Below, one piece after another: positions 21,332 through 29,779 of a stretch of DNA of 64,000 nt. The DNA is from Holophagales bacterium UBA5704 (GTDB taxonomy: Bacteria; Acidobacteriota; Thermoanaerobaculia; Multivoradales; UBA5704). Positions within the stretch are counted from its first letter, which is position 1. Every line of letters starts with the position of its first letter. The stretch is from NCBI GenBank assembly GCA_002420005.1, contig DIHE01000171.1, forward strand, positions 17,088-81,087, given 5' to 3'. Below the pieces are notes generated by a model that saw nothing but the letters and a program-made list of their open reading frames with translations, ran no database searches and had not been told where the DNA came from. The translations under genes and the position numbers were made by a program.

Positions 21332-21993
21332 GGGCCTCCTGGTATCCTATCCCTGTGGTCCGCGCACCTCTTTGGGTCTTTCTCCTCGCCTTCGCCGCTC
21401 CGGCCTTCGCGGAGGACCCGCGTTCCGTCGAGATATTGCGATTGGACTGTGCGAACAAGCTGGGCCGGCGCGAGGTGACCCTGTTCGCCAACGGCACCAT
21501 CCGACTGCGCGAGGGACCTCCGGACAATCTGCTGATGGGGCTCGCCGAGCTGGGGCCGGTGGACTACCAGGCGTTCATCGCGCGTCTCCAGGGGGAGGAT
21601 CTGGAGGCGGCAAATCGCCTTCATTCCGGCGTCGAGGGGGATTGGATCGAGCGCTGTCTGCTGGCGCTCGACCTGCCCGACAAGGAGCCGCTGGTCCTGC
21701 ATTTCGGCCGCTACGACACCTTGCCTCTCTCCCTGTCGCGCCTGCTCGCCGTGAGCCAGGACCTGGCCGCGAAGGTGACCACACTGGAGGGCGTCGACCG
21801 ACTTCCGGAGGACTACGAGCCACGCCTCGACGATGTGCTGCGGCGGGTGGACGGCAACCTTTACCGGGTCGCGTCGTTCACCGTCGACGGCAAGGGTGTC
21901 GAGCTGCGCGGGGTCGTCCAGCCTGTGGCCCTCTACGTCCGGCGCGATGAGCTTCGCAAGGAATTCAATGCGCTGGTGTCGAGGCCCGAATGA
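21328..21993 (+). CDS. secreted hypothetical protein
   Basis: ATGA overlap with the upstream gene. Signal peptide ...LWVFLLAFAAPAFAEDP. No recognisable motif. Confidence 0.55.
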   Translation: MRASWYPIPVVRAPLWVFLLAFAAPAFAEDPRSVEILRLDCANKLGRREVTLFANGTIRLREGPPDNLLMGLAELGPVDYQAFIARLQGEDLEAANRLHSGVEGDWIERCLLALDLPDKEPLVLHFGRYDTLPLSLSRLLAVSQDLAAKVTTLEGVDRLPEDYEPRLDDVLRRVDGNLYRVASFTVDGKGVELRGVVQPVALYVRRDELRKEFNALVSRPE

Positions 21994-22541
21994 AGCCAGG
22001 TGTCCGCATCAGCGGCGGCGAGCATCGCGGCCGCAACCTGGAGGTGCCGCCCGGCGCCCGGCCGACCGAAGGGAGGGTGCGCGAGGCGCTGTTCTCCATG
22101 TGGGCGGATGTCCTGGAAGGTGCGCGCGTGCTCGATCTGTGCGCCGGAAGCGGTGCCGTGGCGTTTGAAGCGCTGAGCCGCGGCGCGCTCGCGGCGGTCT
22201 GCGTGGACGAGGACCTGCGCGCCGTGAAGACCCTGGAGGCCAACGTCGCCCGCCTCGGGACGACCACATTGACGATTCGCCGTCTCACCCTCCCCGGCGG
22301 TCTCGCCCGTCTCACCGACGCGGGACCCTTCGACCTCGTCTATCTCGATCCCCCGTACAACTTCCAGTCCTACGAGGCGGTGCTCGCCGGGCTTGCCCCT
22401 CTTCTGGCGGCCGAGGGGGGGGTGGCGGTGGAGCACACCACCCGCCGCGACCTGCCGGTGCAGGCGGGGCTCCTGGTCCGGGTGGGAACCCGCAAGTACG
22501 GAGACAGCTCGCTGAGCTTCTATCGAAAGGGGCCGGAATGA
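21990..22541 (+). CDS. rsmD: 16S rRNA (guanine966-N2)-methyltransferase
   Basis: ATGA overlap. ISGGEHRGRNL, RPTEGRVREALF, VLDLCAGSGAV and the DPPY motif. Confidence 0.85.
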   Translation: MKPGVRISGGEHRGRNLEVPPGARPTEGRVREALFSMWADVLEGARVLDLCAGSGAVAFEALSRGALAAVCVDEDLRAVKTLEANVARLGTTTLTIRRLTLPGGLARLTDAGPFDLVYLDPPYNFQSYEAVLAGLAPLLAAEGGVAVEHTTRRDLPVQAGLLVRVGTRKYGDSSLSFYRKGPE

Positions 22542-22606
22542 GCTGGCCGCCCCCCAGGGCCACACCGCCCGACCGTGCGTGGTAAGCTAAACCGTGAGGT
22601 CAGCCC

Positions 22607-22858
22607 ATGCCGACGATTGAATTGACAATGCCCGACGACGTGTTTCTGGCGCTTCGCAAGAGCCCCCGGGAAGTCGCGCGCGATGTCCAGGTCGCCGCCG
22701 TGGTGGAGTGGTACGCGGAGGGCCTCGTGTCCCAAGGCAAAGCCGCCGAGCTGGCCGGCCTGAGTCGGCCGGAGTTTTTCGACGAGCTGGCCAAGCGCAA
22801 GGTTCCGGTCATCCAGATGACGCTGGAGGAGCTCAGGGCGGAGCTGGCGGGTGAGTAG
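22607..22858 (+). CDS. UPF0175-family antitoxin
   Basis: 83 aa. GKAAELAGLSRPEFFDELAKRKVPV is the typical UPF0175 HTH signature. SD GTGAGGT. Confidence 0.75.
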   Translation: MPTIELTMPDDVFLALRKSPREVARDVQVAAVVEWYAEGLVSQGKAAELAGLSRPEFFDELAKRKVPVIQMTLEELRAELAGE

Positions 22859-23348
22859 GCGCTTTGCCGTCAACTGCTCCCCCCTGATTCTGCTCGGCCG
22901 CATCTCCCGGCTCGACCTTCTCCCCGCGCTCGCCGATCAGGTTGTCGTTCCCCGGGCAGTCCTTCAGGAGCTCGCCGTCAAGGAGGGCCAGGATTGGATT
23001 GCGCGCACCGTTTCCTCTCATCCCGGCCTCGAGATCATCGCTGACGTTCCGATTCCTTCGGAAGTCCAACGGTGGAACCTTGGAGCCGGAGAATCCGCAG
23101 TTCTGGCCTTCTGTCTCTCGGCCACCGGGTACCGAGCGGTGCTCGATGATCTGCGAGGCCGCCGTTGTGCCCGCGCACTGGGAGTGCCTCTCTTTGGGAC
23201 TCTCGGAGTCGTGGTGGAGGCCCGCCGGCAAGGGTTGATCCCAAGGGCTCGCCCCTTGATCGCAGCAATTCGTGGCGTCGGGTATTACATTGAGGACAAG
23301 CTCGTTGAAGCCGCCTTGAACGAGGTCGGGGAGAGGTGGCTCTCGTGA
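22851..23348 (+). CDS. DUF3368-family PIN-like nuclease toxin
   Basis: GTG start overlapping the antitoxin by 8 nt. SPLILLGRISRLDLL...LGAGESAVLAF...VLDDLRGRRCARALGVPLFGTLGVVVEARRQGLI. Confidence 0.7.
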   Translation: MSRRFAVNCSPLILLGRISRLDLLPALADQVVVPRAVLQELAVKEGQDWIARTVSSHPGLEIIADVPIPSEVQRWNLGAGESAVLAFCLSATGYRAVLDDLRGRRCARALGVPLFGTLGVVVEARRQGLIPRARPLIAAIRGVGYYIEDKLVEAALNEVGERWLS

Positions 23349-24073
23349 AGGCCCTCCTCCTCACCGCTCTCCTCCTCCCGGCCGGCTCTGCCGTGGCCGC
23401 AGAGGACCCGGCGCCCTACGTGCGCGAGCTGCTGGCGAGCGACGCCTCGCTGGGTCCGGTCGTCGAGAGGGTCAACCGCCTGCCTCCGGCGCGCTTCGAT
23501 GGGGCGGACGAGAAAGAGGAGGTCGTCGGTGCGCTCGACGAGATCCGTGGGTTCCTTGAGCTGTTGAGCACGGGGATCGCGGACGTCAAATTGCCGCCGC
23601 CGTTGGAGGTTCTGCGCCAGTCGCTCGCCGAGGCGCGGCTCGTGAAGGCCGTCCTGGAGGCCTTCGTGAAGGGCGCCGGGCCGCTCGCCGCCGCCGAGCG
23701 GGCGACGATCGTCCAGATCTCGGAAGACATGAACCTCAAGGCGGCGGGCTTCGACGAGTGGCGCCGTAAGGGCGAAGGGCACTGGCGCGGGGCGCGCGTG
23801 CGGGTGCGCGTCCGCGGCGCGGACGACGAGGCACCGGTCGCAGGCCTGCGGGTCTACTGGGTGCCGCGCCTGCTGGCCGGTGTGCCGGCGGAGATCCGCG
23901 AGGTCCCCTCTCTGGAGCCCGAGGTGGCCCTGGAGCTTCCGGAAGCGAGCTATCTGATCTGGGCGGGGACGGTGGCCGGCCCGCAGCCGCTCTCCCCCCA
24001 GATCCGCGTCGATGTCCGCCGGCAGGAGGGGGAGCGGGAGATCCTCGTCACGCTGCCGGTGCCGCGGAGGTGA
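23336..24073 (+). CDS. secreted hypothetical protein
   Basis: Start is GTG 23336 or GTG 23345, overlapping the toxin stop. Signal peptide KALLLTALLLPAGSAVAAEDP. Beta-rich C-terminal half. Confidence 0.55.
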   Translation: MALVKALLLTALLLPAGSAVAAEDPAPYVRELLASDASLGPVVERVNRLPPARFDGADEKEEVVGALDEIRGFLELLSTGIADVKLPPPLEVLRQSLAEARLVKAVLEAFVKGAGPLAAAERATIVQISEDMNLKAAGFDEWRRKGEGHWRGARVRVRVRGADDEAPVAGLRVYWVPRLLAGVPAEIREVPSLEPEVALELPEASYLIWAGTVAGPQPLSPQIRVDVRRQEGEREILVTLPVPRR

Positions 24074-25272
24074 ACACTGCGATGAAACCCCTCTCCTCCC
24101 GCACCAGCCGGTCCTCCTCGGGCTGCCTCGCCGTCTTCTTCGGCGTCTTCCTGGTGGCGGGCTGCGCCGGGTCCTATTTCCTGCTGTGGAAGCCGTGGAG
24201 CGCCTGGGTGGCCGCGCGCTCCTGGGCGGCGACGCCGTGCACGATCCTGGAGAGCCGGGTGGTGGAGAGCTCCGACTCGGATGGTTCCACCTACCGGGTG
24301 GACGTCACCTATGCCTATGTCTTCAATGGGAGGGAGTACCAGGGCTCCCGCTACGACTTCATGGGCGGCTCCTCCAGCGGCCGGGAGAGCAAGGACGCCG
24401 TGGTGGCTGAGAATCCGCCGGGCTCCCGGACGACCTGCTGGGTCGATCCGGACGATCCGTCGCAGGCTGTGTTCGATCGCGGCCTTTCCTGGATCTACCT
24501 GATCGGCCTCTTTCCCCTGGTCTTTGTCGCGGTCGGTGCCGGCGGGATGATTTACGGGTTTCGCTCGCATCGATCGAGTCCGGCGGCTTCGGCCTCTGCG
24601 CCGGGCAAGTCTCCGTTCGGGGTGGACATCCCCCCGCAGGGCTCCCAGCCGCGGCAGCTCTCCCCGCAGATGTCGCCGGTCGGCAAGCTGGTCGGGATCA
24701 TCCTGGCCGCCGTGGTCTGGAACGGGATCGTCTCCGTCTTTCTGTGGCAGGTGGTGAAAGGGTGGCGCACCGGCGCCGGGGACGGCTGTCTCACCGCCTT
24801 CGTCGTACCGTTCGTCCTGGTCGGGCTGGGGCTGATCTTTGCGATTTTCCAGCAGTTCCTGGTCCTGTTCAATCCGCGCTTGGAGCTGACCCTGGGGCCG
24901 GGCGTTCTCGCTCCCGGCGAGTCGGCGCTCCTGCAGTGGACGATGCGTGGCAAGGCGGAGCGGGTGCAAAAGTTGCGTATCGTCCTGGAGGGGCGCGAGG
25001 AGGCGACCTACCGGCAAGGGACGCGGACGACGACCGCGCGCGAGGTGTTTTCGACCGTTCTCCTCGCCGAGGTGGACAACTCCTTCTCGATCGCCAACGG
25101 AACGGCCCGCGTGTCGCTTCCGGACGACGCGCCGCCTTCGTTCGCGGCGAGCCGCAACAAGATCGTCTGGGCGCTCAAGGTGACCCTGGAGATTCCCAAC
25201 TGGCCGGATTCCGCGGACGAATACGAGATCGTCGTGGCGCCCGCGGCGCTGCGCCAACGTTTCGGAGGCTGA
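24070..25272 (+). CDS. 4-TM membrane protein: DUF3592-like N-terminal domain + C-terminal arrestin-like beta-sandwich
   Basis: GTGA overlap (alternative ATG 24082). TM1, then CTILESRVVESSDSDGSTYRVDVTYAYVFNGREYQGSRYDF...CWVDPDDP (DUF3592-like). Three more TMs. The C-terminal module is paralogous to 25277-25657. Confidence 0.6.
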   Translation: MNTAMKPLSSRTSRSSSGCLAVFFGVFLVAGCAGSYFLLWKPWSAWVAARSWAATPCTILESRVVESSDSDGSTYRVDVTYAYVFNGREYQGSRYDFMGGSSSGRESKDAVVAENPPGSRTTCWVDPDDPSQAVFDRGLSWIYLIGLFPLVFVAVGAGGMIYGFRSHRSSPAASASAPGKSPFGVDIPPQGSQPRQLSPQMSPVGKLVGIILAAVVWNGIVSVFLWQVVKGWRTGAGDGCLTAFVVPFVLVGLGLIFAIFQQFLVLFNPRLELTLGPGVLAPGESALLQWTMRGKAERVQKLRIVLEGREEATYRQGTRTTTAREVFSTVLLAEVDNSFSIANGTARVSLPDDAPPSFAASRNKIVWALKVTLEIPNWPDSADEYEIVVAPAALRQRFGG

Positions 25273-25276
25273 GCCG

Positions 25277-25657
25277 ATGGGCGCGGAAGACTTCCTTCGG
25301 GTCGAGACGAACGATGGCTCCACTTCTTTCCGCCCCGGCGATCTGGTCGAGGGGACGGTGCGCTGGCAAGGCGCCGAGCCGCCGGAGGGTGTGGAGCTGC
25401 GCCTGTTCTGGTACACCGAAGGCCGGGGGGACCAGGACCTGGAGGTGGTCGAAACGATCCCCTTCGCCAACCCCGGAGCGCACGACCGCCGCTCCTTCCG
25501 CCTCCGCCTGCCGGAAGGCCCCTACAGCTTCTCGGGCAAGCTCATCACCCTCGCCTGGGCGCTCGAAGCCGTCGCCCAGCCGGGGGACCGGGCGGGCAAC
25601 CTCCCCCTCGTGGTGTCGCCCACCGGCCGGGAGCTGCTGCTTCCGGCCGCGCCATGA
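25277..25657 (+). CDS. small arrestin-like/Ig-like beta-sandwich protein
   Basis: 126 aa. FRPGDLVEGTVRW...VELRLFW...FRLRLPEGPYSFSGKLITLAWALEA...LVVSP shares its signature with the C-terminus of the preceding gene. Confidence 0.55.
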   Translation: MGAEDFLRVETNDGSTSFRPGDLVEGTVRWQGAEPPEGVELRLFWYTEGRGDQDLEVVETIPFANPGAHDRRSFRLRLPEGPYSFSGKLITLAWALEAVAQPGDRAGNLPLVVSPTGRELLLPAAP

Positions 25658-26220
25658 GAGCCGCGGACAATCCGTTCACCGTCCAGAAGCTGGGGCGGCT
25701 CCGCTACCGGCTCGACGGGTTGTCGTGGGAGGCGCTCCTCGACCGGCTGGCCCTGCTGCGGTATCGCGCCGCGATCGTGGGACCGCACGGCCACGGCAAG
25801 ACCACTCTGCTGAAAGAGCTCGCGCCGCGCCTGGAGGAGCGGGGCTTCCGCATCCGCTGCTTGATGCTCCACGAGGGCGAGCGCCGCCTGGGCCGGGACC
25901 GGCGGAAGATCTTGTTCCGGGACCTCGCACCGCACGATCTGCTGTGCGTCGACGGCGCCGAGCAGCTCGGCCGCTGGGCCTGGCAGGCGCTGCGTTGGCG
26001 CAGCCGCGCCGCGGGCGGGCTGCTCCTCACCGCGCACCGCCCCGGTCTCCTGCCGACCCTCGTCACCTGTGAGACCACACCGGAGCTGCTGGGAGGGATT
26101 GTGGAGGAGCTGCTGGGCCGGAGGCCGCCGAAGACCGAGATGGCGGTCCTCTACAGCCGGCACGGCGGGAATGTGCGAGAGGCTCTCTGGGAGATGTACG
26201 GCCGTTCGGCCGATTCGTGA
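25654..26220 (+). CDS. minimal AAA+/P-loop ATPase
   Basis: ATGA overlap. Walker A IVGPHGHGKTTLL, Walker B DLLCVDGAEQL, sensor-2-like GGNVREALWEMY. Confidence 0.6.
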   Translation: MRAADNPFTVQKLGRLRYRLDGLSWEALLDRLALLRYRAAIVGPHGHGKTTLLKELAPRLEERGFRIRCLMLHEGERRLGRDRRKILFRDLAPHDLLCVDGAEQLGRWAWQALRWRSRAAGGLLLTAHRPGLLPTLVTCETTPELLGGIVEELLGRRPPKTEMAVLYSRHGGNVREALWEMYGRSADS

Positions 26221-26242
26221 CCCTTCAGGAGGTGAAGAGACC

Positions 26243-27286
26243 ATGCTTCGATTGTCCGCCCTTGCCTTGACGTTGTTTGTGGCTCTCTCCGCGGCGGCAC
26301 AGACGCCGCCCGCCCCGGACGACCTCGGTGCGCGCCAGCCGGTTCTGGTGACGCCGTGGTTCACCTTCCACTCGCACTTCGGGTTCAATCTCTACGATGC
26401 CGTGCTGACCTCGGCGGACGCGCGGCGCGCAGAGCGCCCGGATCCGCTGCGCGAAGGCGGCTGCTTCGCCGCCCTCGTCGCCGAGGAGCGCGGCGCCTGG
26501 GATGCCGCGGTCGGCTACTACGCCGCGACGGTGGCCGCGACGCACGATTTCAGCCGCGAGCGGACGATCGTGCGCACCCACCTGGCCGGTCTCCCGATCG
26601 ACCTCGACGACGACGACCGCCGCGATCTCGGCCTGTCCCTGCTCTTCTTGCGCGCCGCGGCACCGGCTTGGCGCGCCTGCCGCTGGGAGGCGCAGGACGC
26701 CGTCAATCGCCGCTGGATCGCCGAGCTGGCGCCGCGCCTCGACCGCCATGCCGACGCCGTCGGCAAGCGGCTCCAGGAGCTCTACGGTGTCGCCTGGCGT
26801 CAACGGCCGATCGCCGTCGACGTGGTCGCGACGGCGGGATGGGCCGGGGCCGATACGATCGCCTTTGGCAAGGTGCCGACCCATATCCGGATCACCAGCC
26901 GCGATTCCGGCTACCAGGGGCCGGCGGCCCTCGAGATGCTCTTTCACGAGGCCAGCCACGAGCCGGTCACGCCGAACGGCAGCCCGATCTCCGACCTGCT
27001 CGCCGCCGCGTCCCGCGAAACCGGCGTTCCGGTCCCCCGCGATCTCTGGCATGGGCTTCTCTTCATCACCGTCGGCGAGGTGGTGCGCGAGGTCCTCGCG
27101 GCGGCCGGTGAAGGTCCGTACGTGCCGTATGCCGAGTCGAACGGCGTGTTCGGCGGGAGCTGGAAGGTTCTCCACCAGCCGCTGGTCGATCACTGGCTTC
27201 CGTTCGTCCGCGGCGAAATCCGTCGCGAAGACGCGGCGCGCCGGCTGTTGCAAGCGATCGGTCAACCGGCCGGGGCGGGCCGGTGA
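26243..27286 (+). CDS. secreted hypothetical protein with an HExxH motif (putative metallopeptidase)
   Basis: ORF 26069-27286 trimmed to ATG 26243 (AGGAGG upstream). Signal peptide MLRLSALALTLFVALSAAAQ. LFHEASHE is an HExxH motif. Confidence 0.5.
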   Translation: MLRLSALALTLFVALSAAAQTPPAPDDLGARQPVLVTPWFTFHSHFGFNLYDAVLTSADARRAERPDPLREGGCFAALVAEERGAWDAAVGYYAATVAATHDFSRERTIVRTHLAGLPIDLDDDDRRDLGLSLLFLRAAAPAWRACRWEAQDAVNRRWIAELAPRLDRHADAVGKRLQELYGVAWRQRPIAVDVVATAGWAGADTIAFGKVPTHIRITSRDSGYQGPAALEMLFHEASHEPVTPNGSPISDLLAAASRETGVPVPRDLWHGLLFITVGEVVREVLAAAGEGPYVPYAESNGVFGGSWKVLHQPLVDHWLPFVRGEIRREDAARRLLQAIGQPAGAGR

Positions 27287-27900
27287 GCCACGGTCGTGCG
27301 GTAACCGGCTGCGGTCACGGCCTTCTGTAAGGCCGCCTCCGTGACGGAACCATCGCCGGTCACGGTGGCCCGCCGGGTCGCGTAGTCGACCACCGCTCCG
27401 GACACCCCGGGCACGTTGGCCAGCGCCGTCTGCAGGCTCGCCGCGCAGGCGTCGCACGTCATGCCTTCGATCTGGATCTCGATCTTCTGCGGCCCGGCGA
27501 CAGCCGCAGGGGTTGTACCGCTGCCGAGAAAGGAGCCGGCGTAGGTGGGGAAGAAGGCGAGCGCCAGGACGAGGAGCGTCACTCCGCAGAGCGTGACCTG
27601 GTGGAGCGTCCGGAGCGACCTTGCCTTGGTTTGGCCGGGCGGGCAGCAGGCGTCGTCGGCCGGTCTCGCTGCGGCTCCGGGTCGCCGATAGGTGAGGTAG
27701 AACGCAAGCCCGAGCAACCCGAGCGCCACCGGCAGCAGCACCGGTCGCCACGCCCCGAACGTGGCCGCGAGTGCTCCGCCGGAGATCCCCAAGGCCATCA
27801 AGAGCAACGGCAGCCAGCAGCACGCCGAGGCGGCGACAGCCGTGGCGAGCGCCCCGATCTGGGTGACGGTCTCCACGCCGATGCGAGAGGGGTTGGCCAT
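27262..27900 (-). CDS. MerT/MerC-like metal transporter fused to an HMA (MerP-like) domain
   Basis: 3' part of ORF 27262-29850 from ATG 27900. TM Cys pair SACCWLP, second pair DDACCPP. C-terminal IEGMTCDACAASL is GMTCxxC. Confidence 0.65.
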   Translation of the reverse strand: MANPSRIGVETVTQIGALATAVAASACCWLPLLLMALGISGGALAATFGAWRPVLLPVALGLLGLAFYLTYRRPGAAARPADDACCPPGQTKARSLRTLHQVTLCGVTLLVLALAFFPTYAGSFLGSGTTPAAVAGPQKIEIQIEGMTCDACAASLQTALANVPGVSGAVVDYATRRATVTGDGSVTEAALQKAVTAAGYRTTVAHRPAPAG

Positions 27901-27907
27901 GGGGTGG

Positions 27908-27913
27908 AGGATA
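27908..27913 (-). promoter_or_regulatory. -10-like hexamer TATCCT, 7 nt before ATG 27900
   Basis: Minus strand reads tgCTATCCTccaccccATG. No SD. Confidence 0.45.
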
Positions 27914-28067
27914 GCAGAGGCGCCATCGGACGGCCCCTCGGCGTCGCCTGGTTGCCATGTTGCGGACCTCCTCGGGCCGGTGCGGCCCGCCGCCTTCCCA
28001 GGGGAAGTGTTGCACAAGGCCGAGCCGGATGGCGAGCCGGCTCCGCCCCCCCCGGGTGAGCCTCCGC

Positions 28068-28073
28068 TAGAAT
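28068..28073 (+). promoter_or_regulatory. -10-like hexamer TAGAAT, 7 nt before ATG 28081
   Basis: gcTAGAATgcccgcgATG. This suggests the real start of the next gene is 28081 rather than 28072. Confidence 0.45.
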
Positions 28074-29691
28074 GCCCGCGATGAGCCCCCCTTCTCCGCG
28101 AGACCGTCATCTGGCCGCCCTCGCCGCCGCCGTCGTGGCCCTCCTTGCCCGTCTGCCGTTCACCATGGACCGGATGTGGGACCACGACTCGATCCAGTTC
28201 GCCCTCGGGGTCGAGAGGTATGACTTCGCGGCCCACCATCCGCATCCGCCCGGGTATCCGCTGTGGATCGGCCTCCTGAAGGCTCTTGCCGCGCTGGGGA
28301 TCGATCCCTTGTACGGCATGGTGGGGCTGGCGGTTCTCGGGGGGATGCTCGGGAGCGCGTGGATGGTGTTGCTGGTGGGGCGGCTGCTGCCGGAGGGCGG
28401 GCTGGGGCCGGGGCTCTTCTCGGCGGCGCTCTTTGCTTTCAATCCGCTCCTCTGGTTCTATGGCGAGCTGCCGCTCATCTATGCGCTGGAGGGCGGATTG
28501 ACCGTCGTCCTGGCCTGGGCGGCGGTGCGGATGGAGGAGGGGCGGGGGCCGTTTCTGGTGGCCTGCGGCCTGTTCGCCCTGGCCGGCGGGTTGCGGCAAT
28601 CCACCATGGTTCTGCTGGCACCTCTTCTTCTCTTCGGCATCTGGCGCACCTGGCGGCGCGGCCGGTTGACGCCGGGACTGTTCTTCGGCGGTGCGGGTCT
28701 CGGTGCGCTGGTGGTGGCGTCGTGGTTCGTGCCGCTCTGCCTGGCGGCGGGAGGTTATGGCGCGTACCGGCGGATCAGTGGGGAGCACTTCAGCACCCTC
28801 TTGCCGCAGACGTCCATTCTCTATGGTGCCGGCTGGGGGGCTCTCGCTCACAACGTGGAGGTGCTGGTGAAGTGGGGGCTCCAGGGGATCGTCCCGGGTG
28901 CGGTGGTGCTCCTCGTTCTGTGGATCGCGGCGCCGGGCACGGTCGTGCCGGGGCTCCGCGCTCTCGCGGCGCGCCTGCCCTGGATTCTCGTCTGGTCGGT
29001 GCCGCCGGTCCTGTTCTTCGCCTTGTTCCATGTCACCAAGGCCGGCTATACCCTGGTCCACCTGCCGGCGTTCCTGCTCGCCCTCACCTGTGCCGCGGCG
29101 CCGGCTCTCGCGGCGGGCCGTGCGCGGGCGGTGCTCGCCACGGTGCTCGCCGTGGCGGTGGGGGCCGGCCTGTTCCTCTTCGGCGCGGATCGGCGGCCGG
29201 ACCAGGCCCGGCTGTGGGCGGTGGTGCGCCATGAGCACAACCGGGGGACGCTCGAGCGCTACGAGCGCGATCTCGACCGGACCCTGGCCGCGATCCGCCG
29301 GTATCCGCCGGGCTCGACGGTCGTCGCCACGGTCGAGCTCTCCGGCACCGGACCCTCGGGCGCCGATGGATTTCTCTATCCGTGGCACCGGCATCTCCAG
29401 TGGTACCTGCCGGAGGTCCCCGTCCTGCTGCTGGTTCCCGAGCAGGGGTTCGCCCTGGTGGGGAAGGGGCATGCGCCGTTCGTCCGGGTGGATGGACAGA
29501 TCGAGATCCCCGCGGCAACCCGACGGATCGTCTTCGTGCTCTCGGCGCCTGTCGGGTCCCGCCTGCCGCTCGGGCCGGGGCGGATCGAGCGGACGGGGGA
29601 GGATTTCTACGTCCTCACCGTGCCCTGGAACGGGGAGCTGGCGGTGGGGAAGCTGGCCCTCTCGACACAACGGGAGCGGAAAGCGGCTTGA
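28072..29691 (+). CDS. polytopic membrane glycosyltransferase-like protein (GT39/DUF2723-like)
   Basis: About 11 TMs. DSIQFALG...HPPGYPLW is typical of the ArnT/PMT-like family. The start may be ATG 28081. Confidence 0.5.
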   Translation: MPAMSPPSPRDRHLAALAAAVVALLARLPFTMDRMWDHDSIQFALGVERYDFAAHHPHPPGYPLWIGLLKALAALGIDPLYGMVGLAVLGGMLGSAWMVLLVGRLLPEGGLGPGLFSAALFAFNPLLWFYGELPLIYALEGGLTVVLAWAAVRMEEGRGPFLVACGLFALAGGLRQSTMVLLAPLLLFGIWRTWRRGRLTPGLFFGGAGLGALVVASWFVPLCLAAGGYGAYRRISGEHFSTLLPQTSILYGAGWGALAHNVEVLVKWGLQGIVPGAVVLLVLWIAAPGTVVPGLRALAARLPWILVWSVPPVLFFALFHVTKAGYTLVHLPAFLLALTCAAAPALAAGRARAVLATVLAVAVGAGLFLFGADRRPDQARLWAVVRHEHNRGTLERYERDLDRTLAAIRRYPPGSTVVATVELSGTGPSGADGFLYPWHRHLQWYLPEVPVLLLVPEQGFALVGKGHAPFVRVDGQIEIPAATRRIVFVLSAPVGSRLPLGPGRIERTGEDFYVLTVPWNGELAVGKLALSTQRERKAA

Positions 29692-29779
29692 GGCGGCGCG
29701 TTTCTGCCCGCCGGAGGCACTCTTGAGGGTAGAGCCTAAACCATCGGGCCTTCGGCCCTTCCAGGAGAGGAGACGCAGG

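Noticed and set aside
29746-29758. Small hairpin GGGCC-ttc-GGCCC after the glycosyltransferase-like gene
   Set aside because: The stem is only 4-5 bp and there is no convincing U-tract. That is insufficient to call a terminator.
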